From contig PBIN01000006.1 in the NCBI GenBank assembly GCA_002720855.1, forward strand, positions 368-64,367: a stretch of 64,000 nucleotides of DNA, read 5' to 3'. Shown here piece after piece: positions 30,692-41,934 of the stretch. The DNA is from Rhodospirillaceae bacterium. GTDB taxonomy: Bacteria; Pseudomonadota; Alphaproteobacteria; MPNO01; UBA2964. The stretch's first letter is position 1, and each line of letters starts with the position of its first letter. Below the pieces are notes generated by a model. It was not told the DNA's origin. It ran no database searches and was given only the letters and a program-made list of their open reading frames with translations. The position numbers and the translations under genes were made by a program.

Positions 30692-33683
30692 GTTGACTGT
30701 CTATTCAATTCCACCCGGTGTTCCCTTTCTGGATTCGCTGGCTTCCGGATTGCTCGAGCGGCATCATGGCGAACAATTTGGTTTAAGCGATATCAAGGTT
30801 TATTTGCCGACACGTCGAGCTTGTCGCGCTTTGACCGAAGCATTTCTGAGGCAAAGTGACGGTAAAGCACTCTTACTGCCGCAACTCATACCTCTTGGGG
30901 AAACAGAGCAGTCCGACGAAGCCCTGACTACAGAAGATGAACCGAATGACGTCTCCACATTAGAAATCGCTCCGGCGATTTCTGACTTGCAACGTCAATT
31001 CGCATTAAGCCGGCTAATATCCGAAGCAGAGCGTCAGCGCCTGGGAGAGGAGCCGTCTCCTGCGAATGCGGCGCGCCTGGCAACAGCGTTGATTTCTCTC
31101 CTCGATCAGGTTGAAACCGAACAGTTGAGTTTTGAAGGTTTGTCGGAACTCGTCGACGAGGACTTTGCCGCCCACTGGCAGATTACCTTGGAATTTCTTC
31201 GGATCGTCACCGAACAATGGCCCAAAGTACTGGCGATCCTGGGGTGTGAGGATCCGGCGACGAGACGAAATCTTCTGAGTGCCGCACAGGTTGAAGGCTG
31301 GGAAAAAAACCCGCCATCCGGGCAAATCTATGCAGCGGGATCGACGGGCAGTATTCCGGCGACAGCTGCCCTTTTGACGGCGATTGCGGCGCTCCCTACG
31401 GGCGCCGTTATTTTGCCGGGTTATGATTCAACATTGCATATGGATGGGCCCGTCGACCTACCGGCAACCCATCCGCAATTCGGAATGGACAACCTTTTGC
31501 GCCGCATGGGATTGCAAAATAGTGACGTTCAGCCGTGGTCCAGCGTAATTCCTGCGGGATGCGCCGAAGAGAGAGTCAGGTTAATTCGGGCGGCGACGAC
31601 GCCGCCAGACAACGCCGGTCAAAAAATTGACCTGGATTTTGATAAAGCGCTAATTAACGTGAATTTTGTCACCTGCCCAACGTCACAAGAAGAAGCGGGC
31701 GTGATCGCATTGGCAATGCGGGAAACACTTGAAACTCCCGATCGGACAGCTGCCCTCGTCACCCCGGATCGGGTTTTGGCACGAAGGGTCGCTGCCGAGT
31801 TGCGGCGTTGGGACATCGAGATTGATGATTCTGCCGGCCGGCCGCTCTCCTCAACGCCAGTAGGCACCTACCTGCAATTGCTGGCGGCCAGTTTCGCCGA
31901 TCAGCTATCACCGGTTCAGTTGCTTGCTTTCTTAAAACATCCATTATCTTCCGGCGGTATAGAGACGACTGTCTTCCGAGGGCGGGTGCGCCTGCTTGAA
32001 AGATTGGTATTGCGGGGCCCTCGGCCTGGGCCAGGCTTTGACGGCCTTACTTCTTTATTGGGAAATATAGCGGAAGGTGATTCATCCACTACTGAAGATG
32101 CGCGCCTTCTGGAAGATTGGATTTCCAATATTCAAGTTCAGGCATCTACTTTTGAATCGCTGCTATCGACCGACATGAAGATGCCATTAGCGGAGTTGGT
32201 CGACGCCCACATTCAACTGGCGGAGAAAATTGCTGCAACCAGCGATACGAGTGGGCCGGATCGATTGTGGTCAGGCGATAATGGCGAAGCAGCCGCCAAG
32301 TTTATCTCAGATCTCCTGGAATCAGCGGCAACATTTCCGGCAATTACGGGTACCGATTATCCGGCCCTGCTTGATGTCTTGATGAGTGCCCAAATTGTCC
32401 GGCCGCGATTTGGAACGCATCCGCGTCTTCATATTTGGGGTTTGCTGGAGGCCCGTATGCAGCATGCGGATTTAATGTGCCTAGGCGGCTTAAATGAATC
32501 GGTGTGGCCCAGAGAACCAGCTGCTGATCCGTGGATGAGCCGCCCCATGCGCGAATCTTTCGGTTTGCCACCGGCAGAGCGTCGCATCGGCTTAAGTGCT
32601 CATGATTTTGTTCAGGCATTCTGTGCCGAAAAGGTCTTGGTGACCCGGGCGGAACGCGTCGAGGGCACACCGACAGTTCCAGCACGGTGGTTGTTGCGCC
32701 TCGATAATGTTTTGGAGGGTGGCGGAGAAAAGGGACTTAGAGCGAGAGAAAATGCGACAAATAGAACAGACTTTCTTGGATGGCAGGCGGCGCTGGATTT
32801 GCCTGAGACTGTTCAGCCGGGAGAGGCACCATCACCGTGTCCGCCGGTAAGTGCGCGTCCGCGCCAGCTTTCTGTTACTCAGGTGGAAACCTGGATGCGC
32901 GATCCTTATGCGATTTATGCGCGGCACATTCTAAAGCTCCGACCAATGGAAGTTATCGATGCGGATCCCGGCGCAGCGGAACGCGGCACAATGGTTCATG
33001 ACGCACTTGATCGGTTTGTGCGTGAGAATCCCGACAGTCTGCCTGACGATGTTCTTCGGGCACTTCGTGATACCGGGATTGCGGCATTTGGCAACGCCCT
33101 TGCTTTACCCGGTGTCTGGGCTTTCTGGTGGCCGCGCTATGAGCGAATTATTGAGTGGTTTGCCAAAACGGAGTCGCAATATCGGCAAAACGTCAGCAAG
33201 ACCCACACCGAAGTAGCCGGCAAACTCCTGATTAAATCCGGCGAATCGGACTTTACCTTGATTGCTAAAGCCGACCGTGTTGACGAATTGATGGACGGCA
33301 CTATTAGCATAATTGATTACAAAACCGGCACCCCCCCAAGTGGCGCCGATATTTCTCTTGGGTTTGCACCGCAACTCCCTTTGGAAGCCGCAATTGCGAT
33401 TAATGGAGGGTTTTCGTCAACACCGGCGGCACCTGTTTCGCTTCTGGAATTCTGGAGACTAAGTGGCGGCGAGCCTGCTGGAGAACGCCGTCCGGCGGGG
33501 AAGGATATTGAAGCGTTGGCCGCTGCTTCACTCAAAGGCCTAACCGATCTCGTCGCACGATATCGCGATCCTGAAACACCCTATCTGTCTCAACCAGACC
33601 CCTCCTACGCACCGATTTGGTCTGACTACACTCACCTGGCACGCGTGCTTGAATGGTCCTCAATCGAGGGCGGCAGCGAATGA
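30681..33683 (+). CDS. addB: Double-strand break repair protein AddB
   Basis: LPTRRACR, AAGSTGSIPATA, LVTPDR.LARRV, RDPY..YA, ADRVD, IIDYKTG. Confidence 0.95.
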   Translation: MADKLTVYSIPPGVPFLDSLASGLLERHHGEQFGLSDIKVYLPTRRACRALTEAFLRQSDGKALLLPQLIPLGETEQSDEALTTEDEPNDVSTLEIAPAISDLQRQFALSRLISEAERQRLGEEPSPANAARLATALISLLDQVETEQLSFEGLSELVDEDFAAHWQITLEFLRIVTEQWPKVLAILGCEDPATRRNLLSAAQVEGWEKNPPSGQIYAAGSTGSIPATAALLTAIAALPTGAVILPGYDSTLHMDGPVDLPATHPQFGMDNLLRRMGLQNSDVQPWSSVIPAGCAEERVRLIRAATTPPDNAGQKIDLDFDKALINVNFVTCPTSQEEAGVIALAMRETLETPDRTAALVTPDRVLARRVAAELRRWDIEIDDSAGRPLSSTPVGTYLQLLAASFADQLSPVQLLAFLKHPLSSGGIETTVFRGRVRLLERLVLRGPRPGPGFDGLTSLLGNIAEGDSSTTEDARLLEDWISNIQVQASTFESLLSTDMKMPLAELVDAHIQLAEKIAATSDTSGPDRLWSGDNGEAAAKFISDLLESAATFPAITGTDYPALLDVLMSAQIVRPRFGTHPRLHIWGLLEARMQHADLMCLGGLNESVWPREPAADPWMSRPMRESFGLPPAERRIGLSAHDFVQAFCAEKVLVTRAERVEGTPTVPARWLLRLDNVLEGGGEKGLRARENATNRTDFLGWQAALDLPETVQPGEAPSPCPPVSARPRQLSVTQVETWMRDPYAIYARHILKLRPMEVIDADPGAAERGTMVHDALDRFVRENPDSLPDDVLRALRDTGIAAFGNALALPGVWAFWWPRYERIIEWFAKTESQYRQNVSKTHTEVAGKLLIKSGESDFTLIAKADRVDELMDGTISIIDYKTGTPPSGADISLGFAPQLPLEAAIAINGGFSSTPAAPVSLLEFWRLSGGEPAGERRPAGKDIEALAAASLKGLTDLVARYRDPETPYLSQPDPSYAPIWSDYTHLARVLEWSSIEGGSE

Positions 33684-36600
33684 GTGTCAGAACCCTCCCT
33701 GACCCAGGTGTCGCTCAGCGGCATGCAGCAGATCCGTCGCGATCAGTATGGGTATCAGCATCCGCCGGTACCGGAAAAACAAAAGTCCTTACGGACCGAG
33801 TTTTGTCCATATTGTTGGAGGGTACGGCCCCGCATAAAATTTTGTGTCTAACCTTCACAAAGGCGGCGGCGGCCGAAATGGCGAACCGTATCAATCGCTC
33901 GCTCGCAGGATGGGCCATATCAGAAGAGGGAAATCTTAAAGCGCAAATAACAGAACTGACGGGTCGCCCGGCGAACGACGATACCTTAAGGCGGGCGAGA
34001 TCCCTATTTGCTGAAGTTCTGGACGTGCCAGGCGGTTTAAAAATTCAAACAGTCCACGCCTTCTGCGAATCATTGCTGGGGCGGTTTCCGCTCGAAGCAG
34101 GTCTGGCGCCTCATTTCCAGGTCATGGATGAGCGCGAAGCTGCCGAGATACAGCTGGAGGCACAGGCACGAGTTTTGACCCTGGCGCGCCAGCTTGACGA
34201 TACCCGGCTCACACCAGCTTTGGCTGAGGTAGCAGGGCATATTCACGAGAGCGAATTTCATGACCTACTGGCGGATCTCTTCTCTCAAAGAGGTCGGTTG
34301 AATAGGTTGGTCGGCCGTTTCGGTGGTGTGGACACTCTTGCCGATGCCGTGTTCGAAACGCTTGATGTGTCGAAAGGCGAAACTGAAGAAACAATAAAGG
34401 AAGCAGCGAGTTTAGAAAAAACGTTTGATGCTGAGGCGCTAAAATGTGCCGCCGCGGCTATGGTTCAAGGCAGCAAAACCGATCTGAAACACGGCGCAAT
34501 CATAGCGGACTGGCTTTCCGGAAATCGAGCGGAGCGCGCCAGAACACTATCTATCTATTTGACCGCATTTTTTACCCAGGCCGGCCAGCGCCGCGCAAAG
34601 CTCATCAATAAAGATGCCAGTGCGCTGGCCCCTGAGGCTTCGGATATTCTGGAGAGAGAGGCGGCCCGCCTGGAAGACGTATTGATGAAGATCCGCAGCG
34701 TGGTCACCGCGCGAGCCACCGAAGCCATGCTCATTTTGCTTCAGTCTCTGTTGATGACGTATGAAAAATGTAAGCGCGATCGCGGACGCCTTGACTATGA
34801 CGATTTGATCCTTGAGGCGCGTTCACTATTAGAGGCAGATGGCGGCGCATCGTGGGTAATGTTTAAGCTCGATGGTGGTATCGATCATATCCTTATCGAC
34901 GAGGCGCAGGACACAAACCCTGAGCAGTGGGAGATCGTATCAGCTCTCGCGGCAGAATTTTTCGCTGGCGAAGGCGCCCATGACATGGAACGCACCATTT
35001 TCGCTGTCGGAGACCCCAAACAATCAATTTACAGTTTTCAGCGTGCAGACCCGGAGTCTTTCGAGCGCATGAGAAGCTACTTTCGAGCGCGTGCGAATGA
35101 AATAGCCAAGCCATGGGACGACATCAATCTGGATATATCCTTCCGATCAACAGCGTCGGTATTACAAATAGTCGACACGGTGTTCGCTCAGGAAGATGCA
35201 CGACCCGGTGTTGTCGATGCAACGGACGAATTGCACCATGAAGCATTCCGCATCGGACAGGCTGGTGTTGTGGAATTATGGCCTCCAGTGTCTCCCGAAG
35301 AAACGGAAGAACTCGAACCGTGGGCGCCCCCTGTTGTTGCCCGGTGGGGTACGGATCAGCAGACAAGGCTGGCCGACGGTATCGCAGGGCAAATTCAGGA
35401 TTGGTTGTCGAAAGACGAGATTCTTGAAAGTAAGAACAGACCGCTTCGGGCGGGAGATATCATGGTGCTGGTTCGGCGGCGGGGGACGTTCGTCGAAAAA
35501 CTCGTGCGGGCACTCAAACGAAATAATATTCCAGTCGCTGGCGTTGACCGAATGGTTTTGAGCGATCAACTCGCGGTCCGCGATTTGATAGCGCTAGGCG
35601 AATTCATGCTATTGCCCGAGGACGAGTTGAATCTGGCAACCGTTCTCAAAGGGCCTTTGATCGGATTCAGCGAAAACGATTTATTTGATCTGGCCTATGA
35701 CCGTGGCGAGGAAAATCTTTGGGCCGAATTGCGGCGACGGTCGTCAGAACGGCCAATATTTGAATTCGCGGCCAATGAATTGACGACGCTTTTGGCACGC
35801 GCTGATTTCACGCCACCGTTTGAGTTGTTCGCGGAGATACTTGGATCTAGGGGCGGTCGCAAAAAATTACTCGGGCGATTGGGCGCCGATGTTAACGATC
35901 CAATCGACGAGTTCCTGTCTCTTGCTTTCGAGTATGAGCGGAATCAGACACCCTCGCTCCAGGGATTTTTGCATTGGCTTGACTCCGGTGAGATCGAGAT
36001 CAAACGAGACCTCGAACAAGTCACCCGCGACGAAGTCAGGGTTATGACCGTACATGGATCAAAAGGTCTTCAGGCACCGATAGTGTTCTTGCCTGACAGC
36101 GTTCAGGTGCCCACCCAGTTACCCCGTTTCTTATGGAGTGATGACGGCATGTTTTTATGGCCACCACGGCGCCGATTTGCAGAGACAGTCTGCGAAGCAG
36201 CTTTGAAATCGGCCATTGAAACCCGAGATCGGGAGTACCGGCGGCTTTTGTACGTGGCGATGACACGCTCGGAAGATCGACTATATGTCTGTGGCTGGAA
36301 TACGCGGCGGCAGGCCACAAAAGGGAACTGGCACGAGTTGGTTGAATCCGCAATGAAAGCAACGGCTGATCCATTCGATTTTGACAATACCCAACTAACC
36401 TCTCAGGGGTGGGTAGGTACCGGCTGGCGCCTGACAAGTCCACAGGAGCAGGAACCCGAAATTCTTCGCGATCACGGTGGTGCTGCGGCAGCACCCAAAG
36501 AAGTACCTGATTGGGCGCGTCGGCTGCCGCCGCCCGAACCCGTACCGCCAAGGCCTTTGGTGCCGTCCCGGCCAGACGATTCGGAACCCTCAACGCGATC

Positions 36601-37129
36601 ACCCATCGACGGAGACACATCCACGCCTTTCCGGCGGGGTTTAATCATCCATCATTTGCTTCAACTATTGCCGGAAATTCCTGAGCGGAAGAGAAAAGCC
36701 GCTGCGGAAAGGTATTTGGCGCGCGCTGTCCATGAGTTGTCTGAGGAAGAACAAAAAGAATATGCATCGGAAGTTTTCGCCATTCTTTCCGACAACAAAT
36801 TTTCAGATCTTTTTGGTGCTGATTCGCGCTCGGAGGTCCCGATAACCGGAAATTTGGGAGAACACGTCGTCGCCGGCCAGGTCGACAGGCTGGTTGTTAT
36901 AAAAGATCGTATAAAGATAATCGACTACAAGTCTAATAGGCCGCCGCCCGGCAAGGTGGAGGACGTCCCGCAGGTCTATATCCGCCAAATGGCAGCCTAT
37001 CGGGCTGTACTACAATCTGCGTTCCCTCATCACTCCATTGATTGTGCCTTGTTGTGGACCGATGCTCCTTATTTGATGGAACTGCCAGGAAATATACTCG
37101 ATGGATATTTCGATGATTTGGACGCTTGA
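33680..37129 (+). CDS. addA: Helicase/nuclease AddA
   Basis: ASAGTGKT, LTFTKAAAAEM, LIDEAQDT, VGDPKQSIYSFQ, TVHGSKGL, IIDYKSNR; ATGA overlap with addB. Confidence 0.96.
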   Translation: MSVRTLPDPGVAQRHAADPSRSVWVSASAGTGKTKVLTDRVLSILLEGTAPHKILCLTFTKAAAAEMANRINRSLAGWAISEEGNLKAQITELTGRPANDDTLRRARSLFAEVLDVPGGLKIQTVHAFCESLLGRFPLEAGLAPHFQVMDEREAAEIQLEAQARVLTLARQLDDTRLTPALAEVAGHIHESEFHDLLADLFSQRGRLNRLVGRFGGVDTLADAVFETLDVSKGETEETIKEAASLEKTFDAEALKCAAAAMVQGSKTDLKHGAIIADWLSGNRAERARTLSIYLTAFFTQAGQRRAKLINKDASALAPEASDILEREAARLEDVLMKIRSVVTARATEAMLILLQSLLMTYEKCKRDRGRLDYDDLILEARSLLEADGGASWVMFKLDGGIDHILIDEAQDTNPEQWEIVSALAAEFFAGEGAHDMERTIFAVGDPKQSIYSFQRADPESFERMRSYFRARANEIAKPWDDINLDISFRSTASVLQIVDTVFAQEDARPGVVDATDELHHEAFRIGQAGVVELWPPVSPEETEELEPWAPPVVARWGTDQQTRLADGIAGQIQDWLSKDEILESKNRPLRAGDIMVLVRRRGTFVEKLVRALKRNNIPVAGVDRMVLSDQLAVRDLIALGEFMLLPEDELNLATVLKGPLIGFSENDLFDLAYDRGEENLWAELRRRSSERPIFEFAANELTTLLARADFTPPFELFAEILGSRGGRKKLLGRLGADVNDPIDEFLSLAFEYERNQTPSLQGFLHWLDSGEIEIKRDLEQVTRDEVRVMTVHGSKGLQAPIVFLPDSVQVPTQLPRFLWSDDGMFLWPPRRRFAETVCEAALKSAIETRDREYRRLLYVAMTRSEDRLYVCGWNTRRQATKGNWHELVESAMKATADPFDFDNTQLTSQGWVGTGWRLTSPQEQEPEILRDHGGAAAAPKEVPDWARRLPPPEPVPPRPLVPSRPDDSEPSTRSPIDGDTSTPFRRGLIIHHLLQLLPEIPERKRKAAAERYLARAVHELSEEEQKEYASEVFAILSDNKFSDLFGADSRSEVPITGNLGEHVVAGQVDRLVVIKDRIKIIDYKSNRPPPGKVEDVPQVYIRQMAAYRAVLQSAFPHHSIDCALLWTDAPYLMELPGNILDGYFDDLDA

Positions 37130-37154
37130 CGGTTTCCAATCCGCTTCCTAGTTT
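37125..37154 (+). promoter_or_regulatory. Putative trxA promoter
   Basis: (C)TTGACG-N17-TAGTTT. Confidence 0.55.
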
Positions 37155-37202
37155 GAAGGTACGCGAACAAAAATTTTATGCTGAAGGCTGAAAGGAAAAC
37201 CA

Positions 37203-37523
37203 ATGGCTAGCAAACCTATATCAGATGACTCTTTTGATTCTGACGTATTGAAGGCGGAAGGACCGGTTCTTGTCGATTTTTGGGCGGAATGGTGCGGTCC
37301 CTGCAAGCAGATTGGTCCTTCGCTTGAAGAGATTGCAGCTGAAATGGATGGCAAGCTCACCGTGACCAAGATCAATATTGACGAAAACCCTGAAACGCCC
37401 ACCAAGCTCGGCGTACGCGGGATTCCGACATTGATGATATTTAAGGATGGCGAAGTGGCTGCGACCAAAGTCGGTGCATTGCCCAAAAGTCAATTGGTCG
37501 AGTGGATTAACGAATCTCTTTAG
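37203..37523 (+). CDS. trxA: Thioredoxin
   Basis: [15 protein letters not shown]. Confidence 0.97.
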   Translation: MASKPISDDSFDSDVLKAEGPVLVDFWAEWCGPCKQIGPSLEEIAAEMDGKLTVTKINIDENPETPTKLGVRGIPTLMIFKDGEVAATKVGALPKSQLVEWINESL

Positions 37524-37545
37524 CCATAAATCCAAAGAATTACCG

Positions 37546-38847
37546 TTATAGAGCCCCGTCTTCTGGCGGGGCTTCTTCATAGGCGAGCACCGCGCCGGCG
37601 AGATAAAGCGAGCCGCAGATCAGAATGCGTCCGGGTGTTGCGGAATCGGAGACGATCAGATCGATCGCTTCTACGAAATTCTTCGCTGCTTGTGCCGGCA
37701 CACCTGCTTCCAATGCGGCCCTCGCTGCATCTTCAGCTGTAAGACTTGCTTCCTCATCCGGGATCTGAATGGCCTGTAATGTTGATACTTGTTTTGCCAA
37801 AGGCGTAAGAAATGCCGTTGGGTCACGGTTATTGAGAAACCCAAATACTAAATGCAGCGGTTGGTCATCCCATTTCGCAGATGCCGCAGCCAGACCTTCA
37901 GCGGCCGCGACGTTGTGCCCGCCATCGAGCCATAGAGACCAGCCATCGGGCAGCCGGTTGGCCAGCGCCCCTTTGAGTTTTTGTAGTCTTCCTGGCCAAA
38001 AAGCGGTTTGTATGCCTTTCCGGATGGCATCGATCGGGATATTCAATTCATTGAGTCGGCACGCTGCGACGACAGCGGTCGCCGCATTGATGATTTGATG
38101 ATCCCCCGCGAGGGAAGGTGGCGGCAAATCCTGACTGTTTTTGCCATCCTCTAAAACGAAACCTTCTGAATTTTTTGAAAACGTCCAGTCATTTCCGTGG
38201 GTTACCAGCGGCGATGCTAATTCGCGGCCCCGTGCTGCGATAACGGAATGTGCGGATTCTTCCTGTGGGCCAATAATCGCACGTACACCCGGTTTTAAAA
38301 TCCCGGCTTTTTCGAAGGCGATTTTTTCAATCGAGTCACCCAGCCAACTCATGTGATCCATTGAAATCGGTGAAATAATGGTCAACGCAGGTGTCCCGAA
38401 AACATTGGTGGCATCGAAGCGTCCACCGAGACCGGTCTCGATCAATGTGACATCGGCCGGTTGGCGCGAAAAGGCGAGAAAAGCTGCGGCGGTTGTAATC
38501 TCAAATAGGGTGATGGGGTTGCCGACATTGGCCTCCTCACATTCTTCGAGGATAGTGGTCAGTGCGTTCTCATCAATGTCTTTACCGTTAATTGAAATGC
38601 GTTCTGCGAAACGGATGAGGTGGGGCGACGTATAGCAATTGACGCTGTATCCGGCGGCTTTGCAGATGGCTTTTAGAAAGGCGAGGGTCGACCCCTTTCC
38701 ATTCGTGCCCGCGATATGGACAACTTTCGGAAGCGACCGTTCCGGATTACCCAGAGAGGCCAGAAGTGTCTCTGTTCTGCCAAGAGACAGATCGATGGCT
38801 TTTGGGTGCAGCGCGCTCAGGCGGTCGAGGACGACGTCACTCCGCAG
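37546..38847 (-). CDS. folC: Folylpolyglutamate synthase/dihydrofolate synthase (probable CTG start)
   Basis: The frame is open 134 codons upstream of the track's start: LRSDVVLDRL.LHPK.IDLSL.R..HIAGTNGKGST..YTSPHL..ITLFE; then ETGLGGRFDATN, WPGRLQ, DGGHN, GSLYL. Confidence 0.93.
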   Translation of the reverse strand: MRSDVVLDRLSALHPKAIDLSLGRTETLLASLGNPERSLPKVVHIAGTNGKGSTLAFLKAICKAAGYSVNCYTSPHLIRFAERISINGKDIDENALTTILEECEEANVGNPITLFEITTAAAFLAFSRQPADVTLIETGLGGRFDATNVFGTPALTIISPISMDHMSWLGDSIEKIAFEKAGILKPGVRAIIGPQEESAHSVIAARGRELASPLVTHGNDWTFSKNSEGFVLEDGKNSQDLPPPSLAGDHQIINAATAVVAACRLNELNIPIDAIRKGIQTAFWPGRLQKLKGALANRLPDGWSLWLDGGHNVAAAEGLAAASAKWDDQPLHLVFGFLNNRDPTAFLTPLAKQVSTLQAIQIPDEEASLTAEDAARAALEAGVPAQAAKNFVEAIDLIVSDSATPGRILICGSLYLAGAVLAYEEAPPEDGAL

Positions 38848-39808
38848 CGGGGCGCTCTTCCGATCCGGATTCCTTGTCGTTGCTGGCTTCCGGCGTTTCA
38901 GGGTTTTTTTTGTTTTTTTTCGAAGAATCTGAAATCAGCGGAACAACATCAGCGGCGGCGCGACTTTCAAGCAATAGATTCGAAATTCGAATAAGCTCGT
39001 CCCGGAGTTGTCGACGGTGAACGACCCGATCGATCATGCCGTGTTCCAAAAGGTATTCTGCCCGCTGAAATCCTTCCGGGAGTTTTTCGCGTATGGTTTC
39101 CTCTATTACGCGGGCACCGGCAAATCCGATAACGGCACCCGGTTCGGCGATGGCGATGTCACCCAACATAGCAAATGAAGCTGTTACACCACCGGTCGTC
39201 GGATCGGTCAGAACAGTAATATAGGGCAGATGCGCCTCTTTTACCTCATCGACCGCAATGATCGTTCGCGGCATTTGCATGAGGGATAGAATCCCTTCCT
39301 GCATGCGGGCACCGCCAGATGAGGTGAAACAAATTAATGGTGCTTCCTGCAATACGGCCAGTCGCGCAGCCGTTAGCAAGGCCTTGCCGAGTGCAAGGCC
39401 CATCGAGCCGCCCATAAATGCGAAGTTCATAATGGCGACAACGACATTTCGACCGCCCATCTCGCCATGCGCAACAATCATAGCGTCTTCTTCGCCGGTT
39501 GAAGCACGACTTTCTTTTAGCCGGTCGGTGTAGCGTTTGCGGTCGCGAAATTTTAACGGGTCCGCTGTCAGTTTGGGCAATTCGACGGTCTGATATTCTC
39601 CATCATCGAAAAGCAATTCCAGCCGTTCCTTGGCAGGAAGCCTCATATGATGTCCGCAATGACCGCAAACACGAAGCGATGCTTCGAGTTCGCGATGAAA
39701 TATCATCTGCTCGCAGCTGGGACATTGATGCCAAAGATTGTCAGGGACGTCGTTTTTCTCAACAAGTGCCCTAATCTTCGGTCGGACGTAATTTGTAAGC
39801 CAATTCAT
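38837..39808 (-). CDS. accD: Acetyl-CoA carboxylase carboxyltransferase beta subunit
   Basis: C4 zinc finger, FMGGSMG, SGGARMQEG, PTTGGVTAS, IGFAG.RVI. Confidence 0.97.
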   Translation of the reverse strand: MNWLTNYVRPKIRALVEKNDVPDNLWHQCPSCEQMIFHRELEASLRVCGHCGHHMRLPAKERLELLFDDGEYQTVELPKLTADPLKFRDRKRYTDRLKESRASTGEEDAMIVAHGEMGGRNVVVAIMNFAFMGGSMGLALGKALLTAARLAVLQEAPLICFTSSGGARMQEGILSLMQMPRTIIAVDEVKEAHLPYITVLTDPTTGGVTASFAMLGDIAIAEPGAVIGFAGARVIEETIREKLPEGFQRAEYLLEHGMIDRVVHRRQLRDELIRISNLLLESRAAADVVPLISDSSKKNKKNPETPEASNDKESGSEERPAAE

Positions 39809-40647
39809 GACCGCGCCGTTCTCACACCTCGTGCAAGTTCACTAACAAAGCTTAACACGGAATTTAACAAATCGGGAGAGCTCTTTGATTCGCCGATGTT
39901 TTCTGCGTTATCAGCAATCACCTGTACAATGGCAGATCCGACGACGGCAGCGTCTGCCACCCTTGCAACTTCGGCCGCTTGCTCTGGTGTCTTAATGCCA
40001 AATCCGACGGCAACCGGTAGGTCACTGAATTTTTTGATGCGGGAAACCGAATCGGCAACGCTGCTGGTCGCGGCGGATTTGGTGCCCGTTATACCTGCGA
40101 TAGAAACATAGTATATAAAGCCACTAGCGCCCCCCATCAGTGCCGGTAAGCGTTCTTCATCACTTGTCGGTGTTGTCAGCCGCACGAAATCAATTCCCTC
40201 GTTATTGGCTGGAATACGGAGTTCGCCATCCTCTTCCGGCGGAACATCGACAATAATAAGACCGTCGACGCCTGCGTTTGCGGCATCCTCGGTAAATTTT
40301 TCAACGCCATAAATATAGATTGGGTTGAAATAGCCCATCAAAACGATTGGTGTGTCATCGTCGGTTTCACGAAACGCTCTAACCATGTCCAGTGTGGCAA
40401 TCATGTCCTGACCGGCTTTCAGCGCCCGCAACGAGGAAGCTTGAATTGCCGGTCCATCTGCCATCGGATCGGTGAAGGGCATGCCGAGCTCCACGATATC
40501 GGCGCCGGCGTCGGGTAACCCTGCCAGAATGTCGCTGGAAATCTGTCTGTTTGGATCTCCGGCCGTCACAAACGTCACAAGTCCGGCACGTCCTTCCGCG
40601 GCGAGTTCTTCAAACCGTGCCTTGAGCCGGCCTGCTTTGCGGCTCAT
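39805..40647 (-). CDS. trpA: Tryptophan synthase alpha chain
   Basis: [35 protein letters not shown]. Confidence 0.97.
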   Translation of the reverse strand: MSRKAGRLKARFEELAAEGRAGLVTFVTAGDPNRQISSDILAGLPDAGADIVELGMPFTDPMADGPAIQASSLRALKAGQDMIATLDMVRAFRETDDDTPIVLMGYFNPIYIYGVEKFTEDAANAGVDGLIIVDVPPEEDGELRIPANNEGIDFVRLTTPTSDEERLPALMGGASGFIYYVSIAGITGTKSAATSSVADSVSRIKKFSDLPVAVGFGIKTPEQAAEVARVADAAVVGSAIVQVIADNAENIGESKSSPDLLNSVLSFVSELARGVRTARS

Positions 40648-41870
40648 AACGAAACCCCCAGAGCTTCGGCAACGGCAAAAACATCCTTGTCGCCGCGCCC
40701 GCACATATTCATGACCAGCAGATGATCGTTTGGCAATGATGGCGCGATTTTGGCGACATGGGCGAGGGCGTGCGAAGGCTCGAGCGCAGGAATAATACCC
40801 TCCAACCGGGTACAGAGTTGGAAAGCGTCCAGAGCTTCATCGTCAGTAACCGGGACGTAATTAACCCGTCCTGCGTCGTGAAGCCATGAATGTTCGGGAC
40901 CGATGCCAGGATAATCAAGCCCTGCTGATATCGAATGGGCTTCGGTGATCTGGCCGTCTTCATCTTGCAACAGGTATGTCCTGTTGCCATGTAGTACGCC
41001 GGGGCCGCCAGCACTCAATGAGGCTGCATGCTCTCCCGTTTCGATACCCTTGCCCGCTGCTTCCACGGCATAGATGTTGACATCTTCTTCGTCGAGAAAA
41101 TCGTAAAATAGGCCGATCGCGTTGGAACCTCCGCCAATGCAGGCCACCAGTGTATCGGGCAGCCGTCCTTCAGCCTCCATCATCTGTTCACGAACTTCTT
41201 CGCCGATGACTTTCTGAAAATTGCGGACCATTGCGGGATATGGATGCGGACCTGCCACCGTTCCTATGATGTAATAAGTATCTTCAACATTTGTGACCCA
41301 ATCGCGTAGCGCCTCGTTCATGGCGTCTTTGAGGGTTGCCGATCCAGATGTAACCGGGACAACTTCGGCGCCTAACAGTTTCATGCGAAAGACATTGGGC
41401 GCCTGGCGCGCGATGTCCGTTTCACCCATATAGACAACGCATTGCATACCAAATAAAGCGCAGACCGTAGCAGTTGCGACGCCGTGTTGTCCGGCACCGG
41501 TCTCGGCAATGATACGTTCCTTGCCCATCCGGCGTGCCAGCAGAATCTGACCCATTGTATTATTGATCTTGTGGGCACCAGTATGATTGAGCTCATCTCG
41601 TTTGAAATAGATTTTGGCGCCGCCAAAGTGATCGCTAAGCCTGGTAGCGCAATACAAAGGGCTGGGCCGACCCACATAATGTTTCAGATACCTGTCTAAC
41701 TCTTCCTGGAATGAAGGATCGGCTTGAGCTTCTTGATAGGCCTGTTCCACTGATAGGATGAGTGGCATAAGCGTTTCGGCGACATATCGTCCGCCATAAA
41801 TGCCAAAATGCCCCTCTGCGTCTGGTAGCGTTTTGAAGCTATTAGGTTTTTCGTCAGAACGTGCGGTCAT
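40644..41870 (-). CDS. trpB: Tryptophan synthase beta chain
   Basis: [34 protein letters not shown]. Confidence 0.98.
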   Translation of the reverse strand: MTARSDEKPNSFKTLPDAEGHFGIYGGRYVAETLMPLILSVEQAYQEAQADPSFQEELDRYLKHYVGRPSPLYCATRLSDHFGGAKIYFKRDELNHTGAHKINNTMGQILLARRMGKERIIAETGAGQHGVATATVCALFGMQCVVYMGETDIARQAPNVFRMKLLGAEVVPVTSGSATLKDAMNEALRDWVTNVEDTYYIIGTVAGPHPYPAMVRNFQKVIGEEVREQMMEAEGRLPDTLVACIGGGSNAIGLFYDFLDEEDVNIYAVEAAGKGIETGEHAASLSAGGPGVLHGNRTYLLQDEDGQITEAHSISAGLDYPGIGPEHSWLHDAGRVNYVPVTDDEALDAFQLCTRLEGIIPALEPSHALAHVAKIAPSLPNDHLLVMNMCGRGDKDVFAVAEALGVSL

Positions 41871-41934
41871 CTTGGAGCCAGAATCTATAAGCGAGGTTTG
41901 TCGTGTGACAGTAATACGGGGTTATACCTTGCCT

